Positions 1-11,014 of a stretch of 33,753 nucleotides of DNA are shown piece by piece. The DNA lies in contig NC_057720.1 in assembly GCF_004010195.1 (NCBI RefSeq), forward strand, positions 8,322,685 to 8,356,437, read 5' to 3'. The translations under genes and the position numbers were made by a program. The notes below the pieces were generated by a model. That model worked only from the letters and a program-made list of their open reading frames with translations, did no database searches and was not told where the DNA came from. This stretch comes from Chiloscyllium plagiosum. Lineage: Eukaryota. Numbering within the stretch: position 1 is the first letter of the stretch; every line of letters starts with the position of its first letter.

Positions 1-118
1 GGCTTTTGCCCGAAACGTCGATTTCGAAGCTCCTTGGATGCTGCCTGAACTGCTGTGCTCTTCCAGCACCACTAATCCAGAATCTGGTTTCCAGCATCTG
101 CAATCATTGTTTATACCT
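1..118 (+). mobile_element. Penelope-like element terminal repeat (family A), cut by the window start; contains the 3' half of a hammerhead (GGC-TTTT-GCCC-GAAA-CGTC)
   Basis: Near-identical to the 3' terminus (5895-6010) of the GIY-YIG-encoding element in this window. Confidence 0.85.
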
Positions 119-739
119 CCATGACTGAACCACTGACCAACCCAACAGTGCTGAAGAAGTTTGCGCACGTGGAGAACAAACTTTGCACGATTAGTGAATT
201 AAAAACCCTCGATTCCAATTTTATTTGCATAGGTACTTGACCTCGAGTAAATCTGTCTCCTTGTTAAGCAGCATACACTTTGAATCTACATTTTTAATAA
301 TTCATTCGATAACTGTGACTAATTATACCACAAGTGGGTTTCTGCTATTATCAGCGTCTGTCTGCTTTCCCTGAGAATGACAATAAGTGAGGTTAACCCA
401 GCGCTGATCGAGTTCTCCCGAGAGGAGAATTCAGGATGAACAACTTTCCAATAAAATCACTGTGAAATAAATCACTCACCCTTTGCGTGACTGATGCTGC
501 AATTTTTGTTGTGATTTTAATTACATTGCTCATTCTGAAAGAGCTGTGAATGCTTCAGTCTGAAGAGTCAAAAGATAAAAGGTTTCAGCGATGTGAAACT
601 TTCCATGGAAATATGACTATGGTAAAGAATTTTACAATTAAGAGGGGATTTTATCAGATCAGCAAGCTTGAAGGAAGAAAGAAGGATCAGAATTGGGTTT
701 ATTAATTGATATGGTATGATTTTGTTAAGTGTTGGCAGA

Positions 740-1020
740 CACAGGAAACCTGGCTTCCATATACACAGACTTATTAAAGATGGCAGGGTAAGTTAACACG
801 CTGGGACAACAAGATCGATAAGTTGCTTGGTAATATGGACAGAGGCAGAAAATATAATAACACAGGGATTATGCTAAAAATTTATTAATCGTTGCTTAAG
901 CCTTAGGCACTGTATTGCGTGTAATTCTGAGAGACACAATTCAGGAAAGATGAGAAGACATAAGAAAGGATGCAGGGGAAATTTTTCTAGTATTTTATCA
1001 GGAATTGGGAATTTTAAACA
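740..1020 (+). mobile_element. Old degenerate CR1 LINE ORF2 3' fragment
   Basis: Decayed similarity to the CR1 RT C-terminal region that is better preserved at 26294-26560 (minus strand). Confidence 0.5.
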
Positions 1021-1442
1021 GGAGAGGTCTCACAGCGCCTCAGAAACAGAATAGTCTATGTCCAATTGCAACATGATCTGGACAACATTCAGGCTTGAGC
1101 TATGTACCACGGTCTACCTCAAATAGAGCGGACCTGACCATTCCTCATTGACGTTTAATGGCTAACCCACTGTCAAAATCCTGGAAGCTAATCTAAATCA
1201 GAAACTGACCCACACCAGCCATATAAATGCTGATACTGCATAAACAGGTTATGAATTCTCCAACCATTTACTCAGGTCCTGAAACCCTGAAGTCTTTCTT
1301 TCCTCTACAAAGTACAGGTTAGGAGTGCGATAGAATACTGTCCCCCTATTTGGATGGGTGCAGCTCCAACAACACTCAAGAAGCTCATCACCAGAAGGCA
1401 CAGGTTTAAAGTAAGGAGGATGAGGTTTAGAGAAGATCTGAG

Positions 1443-1631
1443 GGTGGGATGGTGGCTCAGTGGTTCTCATTGTTGCCTAACAGTGCCAGGGGCCTGGGTT
1501 TGATTCCAGCCTTGGGTGACTGTCTGTGTGGAGTTTGCACACTCTCCCCGTATCTGCGCGGGTTTCCTTCGGGTGCTGCAGTTTCCTCCCACAATCCAAA
1601 GATGTGGAGGATGGATGGGTTGGCCATGCCT
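1443..1631 (+). mobile_element. HE1-like V-SINE (5' part), nested in a CR1 3' fragment (about 1394-1800)
   Basis: tRNA-like head with A box tggctcagtgg and B box ggtttgattcc, then the V-domain 'gtggagtttgcacactctccccg...gtttcctcccaca'. Confidence 0.85.
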
Positions 1632-1880
1632 GAAAGGGTGTGGAGGTAGGTAATAATTAAGAAGCATCTGGAAAAGCATTTCAAATGCAAGGTCACAGTA
1701 GGCTATGGACCAAGTCCAAGTAAATGGGATTAGTGTAGCTTGGTGTTTGTTGGTCAGCATAGACAAGGTGGGCTGAACAGCCTGTTTCTATGGTGTATGT
1801 TTGCCATCTTCTCATTTGGTCTGCAGATGTTCTGGTGTATGGACAAGCAGTAGCCAGTTCTGATAGTCTCTGTTCATCCA

Positions 1881-1955
1881 TGATGTGAAGGTGCCAGTGT
1901 CGGACTGGGGTGGACAAAGTTTAAAAATCACACAACACCAGGTTATAGTCCAATA
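1881..1955 (-). mobile_element. Penelope-like terminal repeat fragment (family B)
   Basis: 'ggactggggtggacaaagt...aaatcacacaacaccaggttatagtccaa' matches 11091-11291 and 24570-24675. Confidence 0.75.
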
Positions 1956-2024
1956 ACAACCACTTTATTCATCTAGTGAGTGTAGCTGAGACATTCTTGG
2001 TTTAACAAATGAGTGTATGCAGAT

Positions 2025-2280
2025 AGAGTCCCTACAGTATGGAAGCATTTAACCCATAGAGTCCACACCGACCCTCCAAACCCTATCCCTGTAACCTCAC
2101 ATTTCTCATGGTCAATCCACCTAACCTTTCCATCTTTGAATTGTGGGAGGAAACTGGAACACCCGGAGGAAACCCACGCAGACCTAGTGAGGACGTACAA
2201 ATTCAACCCAAGGGTGGAATCGACCCTGGGTCCTTGCTGCTTTAAGCCACAGTGCTCATTACTGAGCCACCATGCTGCCC
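2025..2280 (-). mobile_element. HE1-like V-SINE
   Basis: Reverse complement of head, V-domain and tail; matches the other HE1 copies. Confidence 0.8.
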
Positions 2281-3162
2281 CAATATTAATGTCTCTGTAA
2301 CTATGACTCATTAACCATCCATAAAAGACAGCCTACTTGATTGAAGCCTAACTAGCACTTTCAACATTCCATCCCTCCAACATTGACACACAGAGGCAAC
2401 TGATTGTGCTATTTACACAATGCCTAGTGACAACTCACTGACAGTCCTTCAACAGCACCTTTCAAATCTGTAACTCCTACTGTCTTGAAGAACAAAGTCA
2501 GCTAGTATATATAAACACCACCACCTGCATGTCCCCCTCCAAACCATGTACCGTCATTTCTTCAGTGTCACTGGGTCAAAATCCTGGCACTCTCTCCCTA
2601 ACAGCATTCTGAGTGTACCTACTGCAGATGGACTGCAACAGTTCAAGACTGGATGTTCACTTTTTTAAGGGCAATTAAGGATGGGCTATGAATGATGACC
2701 TAGCTATCAACATCCACGTCACATGATTTTGGAACAGTGAAGTTTAAAGAGTGACCCAATCAGAGCTTTTGAACTAATGAGGCTTTGAGACATTAAATAG
2801 TAAGGATGGAAAGAACACCTCCTTTGAGTGCATCAATAATTAGAGGTCAGGGGTCTTAAATTTTTGGAAAAAGATCAAGAGCAAAGATGACTTTGTTTTT
2901 CTCACTTGAACAGTTGTCAGTATTTAGAACACTTTAGCTAAAAAACTGATGAAAGCTGATTTTATTAATAATTTGAAACCAGAACTGGAAAGGGACTTTA
3001 TCATTTAATGCAAAAAGTAGGAAAATGATACCATATCTTGTAGAAAAGGAACTTCTGCAACTGGATGCCAGCAAGGGCTCATACCATCAGGGTTGGAGGC
3101 AAGATAACATGAGCAAGGAAAATGTATAAAGAATGGCATGTATTGATCATCCTTACTTATAT

Positions 3163-3492
3163 AACATAGAACATTACAGCACAGTACAGGCCCTTCAGCC
3201 CTTGATGTTGTGCCAACCTGTGAAACCACTCTGAAGCCCATCTCACCGACACTATTCCATTTTCATCCATATGTCTATCTAATGATCATTTAAATGCCCT
3301 TAATGCTGGCGAGTCCACTACTGTTGCAGGTAAAGCATTCCATGCCCTTACTACTCTGAGTAAAGAAGCTACCTCTGACATCTGTCCTAAATCTATCACC
3401 CCTCAGTTTAAAACTATGTCACCTCGTGCTAGTCATCACCATATGAGGAAAAAGACTCTCACTGTCCACGCTATCTAACCCTCTGATTATCT
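3163..3492 (-). mobile_element. CR1/HER1-type LINE 3' end
   Basis: Collinear with the 3' end of the long CR1 at 25908-26232 ('agaacattacagc...aaccctctgattatct'). Confidence 0.85.
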
Positions 3493-3504
3493 AATGGATG
3501 AACA

Positions 3505-3680
3505 AATGGTGGGTGATCGTAAAAGCATAGGTTCAATTCCTGCACCAGCTGAGATTACCATGAAGGACTCTCCTTCTCAACGTTATCTGAGGTGTGGTGA
3601 TATCCAGGGTAAACCACCACTGGACTCTCCCCGTAATAAGTGAGCAACCCGACAGTCTGGTAGGACTATAATGATAGTAT
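3505..3680 (+). mobile_element. tRNA-derived SINE (family Y)
   Basis: B box ggttcaattcc followed by 'tgcaccagctgagattaccatgaagg'; shared with copies at 4315, 5015 and 22448. Confidence 0.6.
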
Positions 3681-4314
3681 CTTTCAGACGATGGTATGCC
3701 AAATCCTGAATGCCCATAGTATGTACATTGAAGGCACTTCCCCAGTACTGCTGGGCAGGGAGATCCCATATGCCCAGCAGTGATGAAACAAAGGTGATCA
3801 CATGTCAAAGTCCAGACAGTGTGTGATGGGGAGGAAAATGCAGTGATAATCCTGCTCCCTTGCACCCAGTGCCATTGATCTTCAAGTCATTGAAGGTTGT
3901 GGGTTGAGAGCTGTTGTTGTTGATGTTTCGAAATCAATGAAATGGAATATGAGACCGACGAGAGGCTGCTGACAAGACACTGTCTGTTTTGTTCCACCAT
4001 TCAAGGCAAATCTCTGGGATTTAAGCATGCTGTCTTGCTTTAGTTAGTTTTCTATGTGTTTGCCCATTGCTAACATATACCACAGAGTGTCAAGTTCATA
4101 TTGAGTCACATGTCTAGATGTTTATTAACAACTGTCTAGGACATGAACATGACATCACAGAATTGCATATGCAATCTGGGTTATATACTTGCTTACATTT
4201 CTACTATATTGCACATATAGTTGACAGGTTAACTGGCTAATGCTCTGTTTTTTAACAAACTACAGCTCACTGAATGATGAGGGAGTAAAGTAACAGCCTC
4301 AACATTTTGGGGGT

Positions 4315-4485
4315 CAGTTACCTCAGTCGGTTGGATGGATGTGGAGTGATATCAACAGTGTGAGTTTAATTCTGCCTAATATGAAGGATTCTCCTTCTCA
4401 GCCTCTCCCTTTGCCTGAAGCATACTAATCCTCAGGTGAGACCACCACTGGTTGTCTCTCTAATGAGATTATGGTGATTTTACTT
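4315..4485 (+). mobile_element. tRNA-derived SINE (family Y)
   Basis: 'agttacctcagtcgg' A-box-like motif; body 'atgaaggattctccttctcagcctctcccttgcctga'. Confidence 0.55.
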
Positions 4486-4644
4486 TGCATGTTGTGATGC
4501 TGCGTTAAAAGTATTTTTCTCCCCCAGAGATCAAAGCCATAACACAACACATATAAGGGCCCAAGCATTGGAAAGTGGGATGGGAATAGCCAGGTGATTT
4601 TGCTGAGGATGCGATGTGCCAATGGGTCTTACCCCATCCTTCAT

Positions 4645-4980
4645 TGAATCCCTATAGTGTGGAAGAAGACCATTCAGCCAATCATATCCATATCGACCTG
4701 CCGAGGAGCACCCCATCCAGATCCATCCAATCCCTGTAATCCCTGCATCTCCATGGCTATTCCACCTGGCCTCCACATCCCTGGACACTGTGGGCAATTT
4801 AGCCCAGCCAATGTAAGTAACCTGCACATCCTTGGATCATGGGAGGAAACTGGACCACCCAGAGGAAACCCACACAGATATGGAAAGAACATGCAAACTC
4901 TACACAGACAGTCACCTGAGACTGAAATCAAGCCCAGGTCCCTGGTGCAGTGAGGCAGCAATGTTAATCACTGAGCCACA
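4645..4980 (-). mobile_element. HE1-like V-SINE
   Basis: Reverse complement of the HE1 head, V-domain and tail. Confidence 0.85.
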
Positions 4981-5223
4981 AATTCCACACCCCTCTGACT
5001 CTTTGACTAACTGAGAGTTAGCTCAGTTGACTAGACGGCTAGCTAGTGATGCCAACAAGGTGGGTTTAATTTCTGCTTGAATTGAGGTTACAATGAAGGG
5101 GTCTCCTTTTCAACTTGTCCTCTTGCCTGAAGTATGGTGAAATTCAGGTTATACCACCACTAAGGGAAGGTGATGGCCCAGTGATATTGTCTCTAGATTA
5201 TTGGTCCTAATCGTGTGCTGGGG

Positions 5224-6011
5224 ACCCCATACCTCCAACCGTAACAAGGACAGAACGCCCCTGGTGCTCACCTTCCACCCTACCAACCTTCGCATAAACC
5301 AAATCATCCGCCGACATTTCCGCCACCTCCAAATGGACCCCACCACCAGAGATAAATTTCCCACCCCACCCCTTTCCGCCTTCCGCAAAGACCGTTCCCT
5401 CTGTGACTACCTGGTCAGGTCCACGCCCCCCTACAACCCAACCTGGCACCTTCCCCTGCCACCGCAGGAACTGCAAAACCTGTGCCCACACCTCCTCCCT
5501 CACCTCCATCCAAGGCCCTAAAGGATCCTTACATTATCCATTAAAGCTTTACCTGCACATCCACTAATATCAGTTATTGTATCCATTGCTCCCGATGTGG
5601 TCTCCTCTACATTGGGGAGACTGGACACCTCCTAGCAGAGCGCTTTAGGGAACATCTCCGGGACACCCGCACCAATCAACCCCACCGCCCTGTGGCCCAA
5701 CATTTCAACTCCCCCTCCCACTCTGCCGAGGACATGGAGGTCCTGGGCCTTCTTCATCACCGCTCCCTCACCACCCGACGCCTGGAGGAAGAACGCCTCA
5801 TCTTCCGCCTCGGAACACACTCTATACTACTTTCTCCACACCCCCACCACCCTCTCATTTACCTCTCCATACTCTGCCTGTATTCCTGATGAAGGGCTTT
5901 TGCCCGAAACATTGATTTTACTGCTCCTCAGATGCTGTCTGAACTGCTGTGTTCCTTCCGCACCACTAATCCAGAATCTGGTTTCCAGCATCTGCAATCA
6001 TTGTTTTTACC
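5224..6011 (+). mobile_element. 5'-truncated Penelope-like retroelement (family A): linker, frameshifted GIY-YIG endonuclease and terminal repeat
   Basis: Translates across frames as PLVLTFHP...AFRKDRSL..., C-x3-CKTC, FTCTSTNISYCIHCSRCGLLYIGETG...ERFREH...VAQHFNSPSH...EERLIFRLGT. Confidence 0.9.
5882..5917 (+). ncRNA. Minimal hammerhead ribozyme motif in a Penelope terminal repeat (CpG-decayed)
   Basis: CTGATGA 5886-5892, stem II GGGC/TTTT/GCCC, GAAA 5906-5909, then CATT (family consensus CGTC). Confidence 0.75.
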
Positions 6012-6369
6012 CTGTGTTCAAATCCTGCAATAGCAGATGGTGGAACATAAATTCAATAAAAATGTATAATGAAGATTAAATGATGACCATTGCTGTGGGG
6101 GAAAATAAGCCCATCTGGTTTGCTGATGTCCCTTAGAGATGGAAGCTACCATCCTTACTTTGTGTGGTTTACATATAACCCCAGTTCCACAGCAATGTGA
6201 TTCACCCTTAACTGCCCTCTGGGGAATTAGGGATGGGCAATAAGTGCTGGCCTAACCAGAGATGCCCATATTCCATGAATGTATAGAAACAAAACTACCA
6301 CCAGTCATCTCCCTGATGAGTGAACAGTCCTTTGGTCTGGCAAGATAATGGTAATTTGACCTTAATTTG

Positions 6370-6591
6370 CCCAGAGTCGAAGAGTGTGGTGCTGGAAAAG
6401 CACAGCCAGTCAGACAGCATCCGAGGAGCAGGAGAATTGATGTTTCGAGCATAAGCCCTTTCCTGATGAAGGGCTTATGCTCGAAATGTCTACTCTCCTG
6501 CCCCTCGGATGCTGCCTGACCCTGCTGTGCTTTCCCAGCGCCACACTCTTCGACTCTGATCTCCAGCATCTAGACTCTTCACTTTCTCCCA
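6370..6591. mobile_element. Head-to-head inverted Penelope family A terminal repeats with 9-bp TSD
   Basis: Arms 6372-6460 and 6469-6558 are imperfect reverse complements; cttaatttg at 6361-6369 and 6592-6600; hammerhead core 6463-6490. Confidence 0.85.
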
Positions 6592-7489
6592 CTTAATTTG
6601 ACTAACCCTGCCTGTAATCATTCTTTTAAATGTACAAGGTTCTCATTTCTTTTAGTTCTTCAAAAGCAAATTGTATGTGACCCCTTAATCTATAACCCAC
6701 TGCAGTGAGAGTCATGGAAGTTAAAGTGGATAGGCGAAATGGAAAGGTGGGGGGAGCCTTTGCTATGAAATATCTAAGAAAGGGAATCGACAGTGTCAGC
6801 AATAATACGAATGAAATGTGAGCAGAATCAAAGGATAATATGTGAGTGTACAGCTCAAATTTCTTGTGGATGATCACCACAATGATCGTCACAGTGAAAT
6901 TACAGATTTGAGGAAATAATAATCTATCATTTCTGCTTTCAGATGCGATTGACCTACAGCAAATTCTGTTTTTTTTTAACAGAATAAATGAGTGCCTCGC
7001 ACTCACTCACAATTATCTGTTATTCTTTCTAATAGAAGCAAAACATGATTTATTTTCATGAAAAAAAAATGAAATTACATTGCAGCTGAACCATGCAATT
7101 TCAATGTTTGAGAGGCGATTGTAATGGTCTTAGTGTGAAATAATCACATCACATGATTCAGAGGGGGCTGTAATTAAGGAATTATTTAGCAGTCGTGATT
7201 CTGTGTTCCAGGGTATTAAAAACACCAACTTTAATTATAATAAAATAATTCAAATTTTGCTGATTCAGTCTAAGGGATATTAAATTTGGAAGACTGGCAG
7301 AGAACTTGAATCTTGCAGAAAATATATTGCTGAAACGTTTTTCATCTTATATTTATCAGGGCAAATGCAAGAATGCCAAATTTCAAATGAACAATATAGT
7401 TTAGGGTACAGGAAAAAAAGTGTGCTGATGAGCCGAAGGGTTGCTATGGAGAAAGCAAATGGAAGCTATAGGCTTCACAAGAGATTGTA

Positions 7490-8065
7490 TAGAAGGTGGT
7501 ATTGTGGCAATGTCTGTGATGTAGAGACCCGGAGATCCAAGTTAATTCTCAAGGGATGTAGAATCAAATCCCATCATGGCTGCTGAGGGAATTTAAATTT
7601 CATTAAAATATTCTGGAATTGAAAGTTAATTTTGCTGAGAACAACCATGAAACTGTTCCCAAGTGCTGTAAAATTCCATCTGGTTCACTAATCTCATTAT
7701 CTCTGGACTAATAATCCAGGGTCCCGGGCTAATGCTTTGGCCATATGGGTTTGAATCCCACCAAGGCAGATTTAAATGCCATTAATAGGCCTGAAATTAA
7801 AAATGGTTTTTGATCATTGATTGTAATTGGGAAACAGTTACCAATTGTGATTTTAAAAAATTGGTTCACTCACTAACGTCCTTTAAAAAAGGAAATCTGC
7901 TGTCCTCACCCGGTCTGACCTACATGTGACTCCAGACCCATAGCAATGTGGTTGACCTTAACTGCACTCTGAAACAGGCTAGTCAGGCACTAAGGTCAAG
8001 GGCAAATGGAATGGACAATACATTTTGGTTTTGTTGGTAACATCCACATCTCAAGAAAGAATTGA
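7490..8065 (+). mobile_element. Two adjacent family X SINE copies (about 7490-7692 and 7695-8065)
   Basis: 'catctggttcactaa' core occurs twice; 'ctacatgtgactccagacccatagcaatgtggttgac' and tail 'aagggcaaatgg'. Confidence 0.7.
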
Positions 8066-8938
8066 AGAAGTGATTGTGGAAACAATCTGCATGGCAAGAT
8101 CCCAAGTAATAAAAATATGTAGTGTTGCTGATTGATGAATGAATGTTGCATGATACAGCCTATCCTTTATGTTTGATTCCTCAGTATAGGGATTAAATCT
8201 ATGACTTCAGAGATTTAGGAGTAGGAAAGGCCACTCATTGCCCAAAAGCCTACCTAACCTTCCAGCTTGGCTGAGATCAATCAAGTTTAATCAAGGATCA
8301 AATCAAGCTGTATTGCTCATTGCTTCAGCCAACTGAGCCATCAGGGAACTCTTGAGTCTTAAACTATCTGTAAAACAAACATTTATTAAATTATTGTTGC
8401 CTTTCAGATCTAGTGAGCCAGAGATAGAGACATGTATTTGTCTTTGATGCAAGTTAATCTGTCATATTAAATGTTACATTTAGCAACCAAAGGTTTTGCA
8501 TAATTATATGATATGACACCCTTATTAGTAAACAATAATTTCTCAGCAGACAGAAATGCTCAATTACAGTTTACGCACCATCCATTAAGCAAGCTAAACA
8601 GGTAATAGCTGTTTGCATGCAGAGAGGATGTTGAGCACATGATGCAGAATGATGGATCTGTAAGGCAGCTAGTTTGACTGTGCTGGAGGCAAGGGGCAAT
8701 ATTAGAACAATTCGGGTCACTTTGACCCAAAATGTGCAGAGTGAAAACGAATAGGATCATTTTAGACAACTCAGTCACCCTCATCACTTTCCATGGAATC
8801 AATTGCAAGTAAACTTGGTTATTCAAGCTGCTTGCTTCAGGTTCTCATTGGGCAGTTTCGGTTATTATGAATTCTTGTCACTCCATCTTTGATTGATAAC
8901 AAGGATTATGGTGTGGGACAGGATTTCAATGATGAACT

Positions 8939-9067
8939 AGGAGAAAGTGAGGACTGCAGATGCTGGAGATCAGAGTTGAGAGCGTGGCGCTGGAAAAGCA
9001 CAGCAGGTCACACAGCATCTGACGAGCTGGGGGAATCGACATTTTGGGGAAAAGCCCTTCATCAGGA
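8939..9067 (-). mobile_element. Penelope family A terminal repeat with degenerate hammerhead
   Basis: 'gagaaagtgaggactgcagatgctgg...aaaagcccttcatcagga'. Confidence 0.8.
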
Positions 9068-9074
9068 TGGGCAT

Positions 9075-9330
9075 AAAGAGATACTAATTTAAGACTGGGC
9101 TGAGGAAGAATTTCTTCTCTCTGAGGATTCTGAGTTGTTGGAACTCCTTGCCAGCAGTGAGGGCATAGTCATTGTGCAGATTTAAGGCTGAGACAGATCA
9201 GTAAGGGAACCAAGGGTTAAGGGCAAAGGGCAGGAAAGTGGATGCGAGAATTGTTGCATCAGCTACTGAAAGCTGAAGCAGGCTCGCGGGGCCAAATGGC
9301 CAATACCTGCTCCTATTTCTTGTGGTCTTG
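9075..9330 (+). mobile_element. CR1 LINE 3' fragment
   Basis: 'tttaagact...gaggaagaatttcttctctctgagg...tggaactccttgcc...gggccaaatggcc...ctgctcctatttct'. Confidence 0.6.
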
Positions 9331-10274
9331 TTCATAGATCGTCTGGTTTATTTTTGCCGTTTGTTTATTATGATAGTCAGACACTGGACATTTTTACAAG
9401 AGGTTCCCATTGCACTTTAAAAAAAGAACATAAATGTTATACATTTCATGGTGTATGCTGAATGAGAATTCATGATCTATTTTTAGTTTTGTTTGGAAAC
9501 TGGAGTTCCAAAAGGGAAAAACAATGCATAGCTTTCAGTTTAATTTGTATTTTTATACATGTGCTTTATGATGTGGGGGTGGGAGATTTGTTTTAGTTTT
9601 GTAATATATTTGTTTTGAGAGTGTCTGGAGTTTGTTTACTGAGTGGTTAAATGCTTGAGGTGAACAGTTCAGTGCATTAGGCAAAAAAGGTGGAAGGAAA
9701 AAAGATACTGCTACTTCCTAAAAGCAGGAGTCTAGTAACACAGAAAGACCAAAACCTCCAGAGAACAAAGAACAAAGAAAGAGAACAAAGAAAATTTACA
9801 GACTAGGCAAGGGGAATCCTTTTACTTAAACAACAATCCTGAAAACACTCAAACCTTGGTGACGATTCAGTTTATTTTCAGGAATTTATTTAATGTCTCT
9901 TCTTGAGACCCTTAATAATTGCTTATGGAGATCACTCATTAGGAAACATCAATTTCTTAAACTCATGTGTTTGAGTGCCTTCTGTTTCTGAAATTTTCTT
10001 CACAGCAACTCAGGAATTTCCCTCTTGGCCTGACTGCTCTAGAAATCACTAATAACAGCGCTTCAGCTTTTACAGACCATTTCTCCCTGTATTAACCAAC
10101 ACACTGCCTTACTGCTTCAGGGTGGTTCTGTGTGATTGGGCATCTGTTGATAGACAATAACAGCTTTATCCCTTTCATCAATTTGATGAGCTGACAGGGT
10201 TTTAAATACTTCATATAAAACGTCTAAACAAAAGCTCAAAATGCCCTGATACAACCCACAGAGCGGGTTTGGAA

Positions 10275-10600
10275 TTGGTAGCTCAGTGGTTAGCACTGCT
10301 GCCTCACAGCGCCAGGGACCTGGGTTTGATTCCAGCCTTGGGGTGACTATCTGTGGAGTTTGCACATTCTCACTGTACCTGTGTGGGTTTGTTCCGGGTG
10401 CACTTGTTTCCTCCCACAGTCCAAAGATGTACAGGTTAGGTGGATTGGCCATGGGAAATTGCCCCATAGTATCCAGAAATATGCAGGTTGAGTAGATTAG
10501 CCGTAGGAATTGCTGGTAGGAGGTGGGCCTGGAGGGGATACTATTCGGAGGTTTGGTGTGGACTTGATGGGCCAGATGGCCTGCTTCCACACTGTTGCAC
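10275..10600 (+). mobile_element. HE1-like V-SINE, near full length
   Basis: 'gctcagtggttagcactgctgcctcacagcgccagggacctgggtttgattcc', V-domain, tail 'ggcctgcttccacactgt'. Confidence 0.9.
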
Positions 10601-11014
10601 CTCTATGAGAAGAAATCTAAAATGGAATGAAAAGCCCTGCTCTCTCCTTCTTAGCATGCAAAATAGAAATTCAAATCAAACTTAAAACCATGTATTATTT
10701 GCTCACTTTAGAACTTTAGTCAGCAATTATACTATGTTATGTTTTATCAAATTTATTGAGCACAGTGGACTGGTGTTGTTCCCAAATCTTCAACAACTTG
10801 CTCTAGCTGCTGATGTTGATCTGTGAAAGGGACACCATCCATAGGTAGACCTTTGCTTTGACTCTGTCCTTTGTTGTCCTGTTTTATTATGTTCAGGGCT
10901 ATTCAACCTGCCACCATTAGGACGGTGCCACGCTCAGTGATATGTTGTCCACCCTTCCCATGTTCTCCAATGACTGTGGAAGTGCTCCTTAGATGTTCAC
11001 TGAACCCAAGAGCA

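Larger units (their letters stand above)
1045..2730 (+). mobile_element. CR1/L2-group LINE 3' portion (1045-1393 and 2313-2730) split by younger insertions
   Basis: 'ggatgggtgcagctccaacaacactcaagaagctcatcacca' resumes at 'accatccataaaagacagcc'. Ends in the tail 'agggcaattaaggatgggc...catccacgtcacatga'. Same family as 11015-11480. Confidence 0.65.
5160..6295 (+). mobile_element. tRNA-derived SINE (family X) with LINE-derived tail, split by a Penelope-like insertion
   Basis: Head 5160-5226 resumes at about 6012 ('gttcaaatcc...gcagatggtggaa'); tail 'gggaattagggatgggcaataagtgctggcc'. Confidence 0.7.
5015..6365 (+). mobile_element. tRNA-derived SINE (family Y), split into 5015-5159 and 6296-6365
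   Basis: A box 'tagctcagttg'; 8-bp duplication taccacca at 5152-5159 and 6296-6303 brackets the insert. Confidence 0.65.

Noticed and set aside
121..240. Short ATG-initiated frame MTEPLTNPTV...
   Set aside because: 39 codons directly after a TE end, with no recognisable homology or convincing splice context
6312..6335. CTGATGA as a hammerhead core or snoRNA C box
   Set aside because: Part of the family Y SINE tail (other copies read CTAATGA/CCAATGA); no stem II-GAAA or D box partner
7423..7445. CTGATGA-GCC-GAAG-GGT as a hammerhead
   Set aside because: No GAAA and UH follow the putative stem II; likely chance
10117..10590. 157-aa ORF and similar ORFs over the other HE1 copies
   Set aside because: Chance read-through of SINE sequence; similar peptides recur at every HE1 copy
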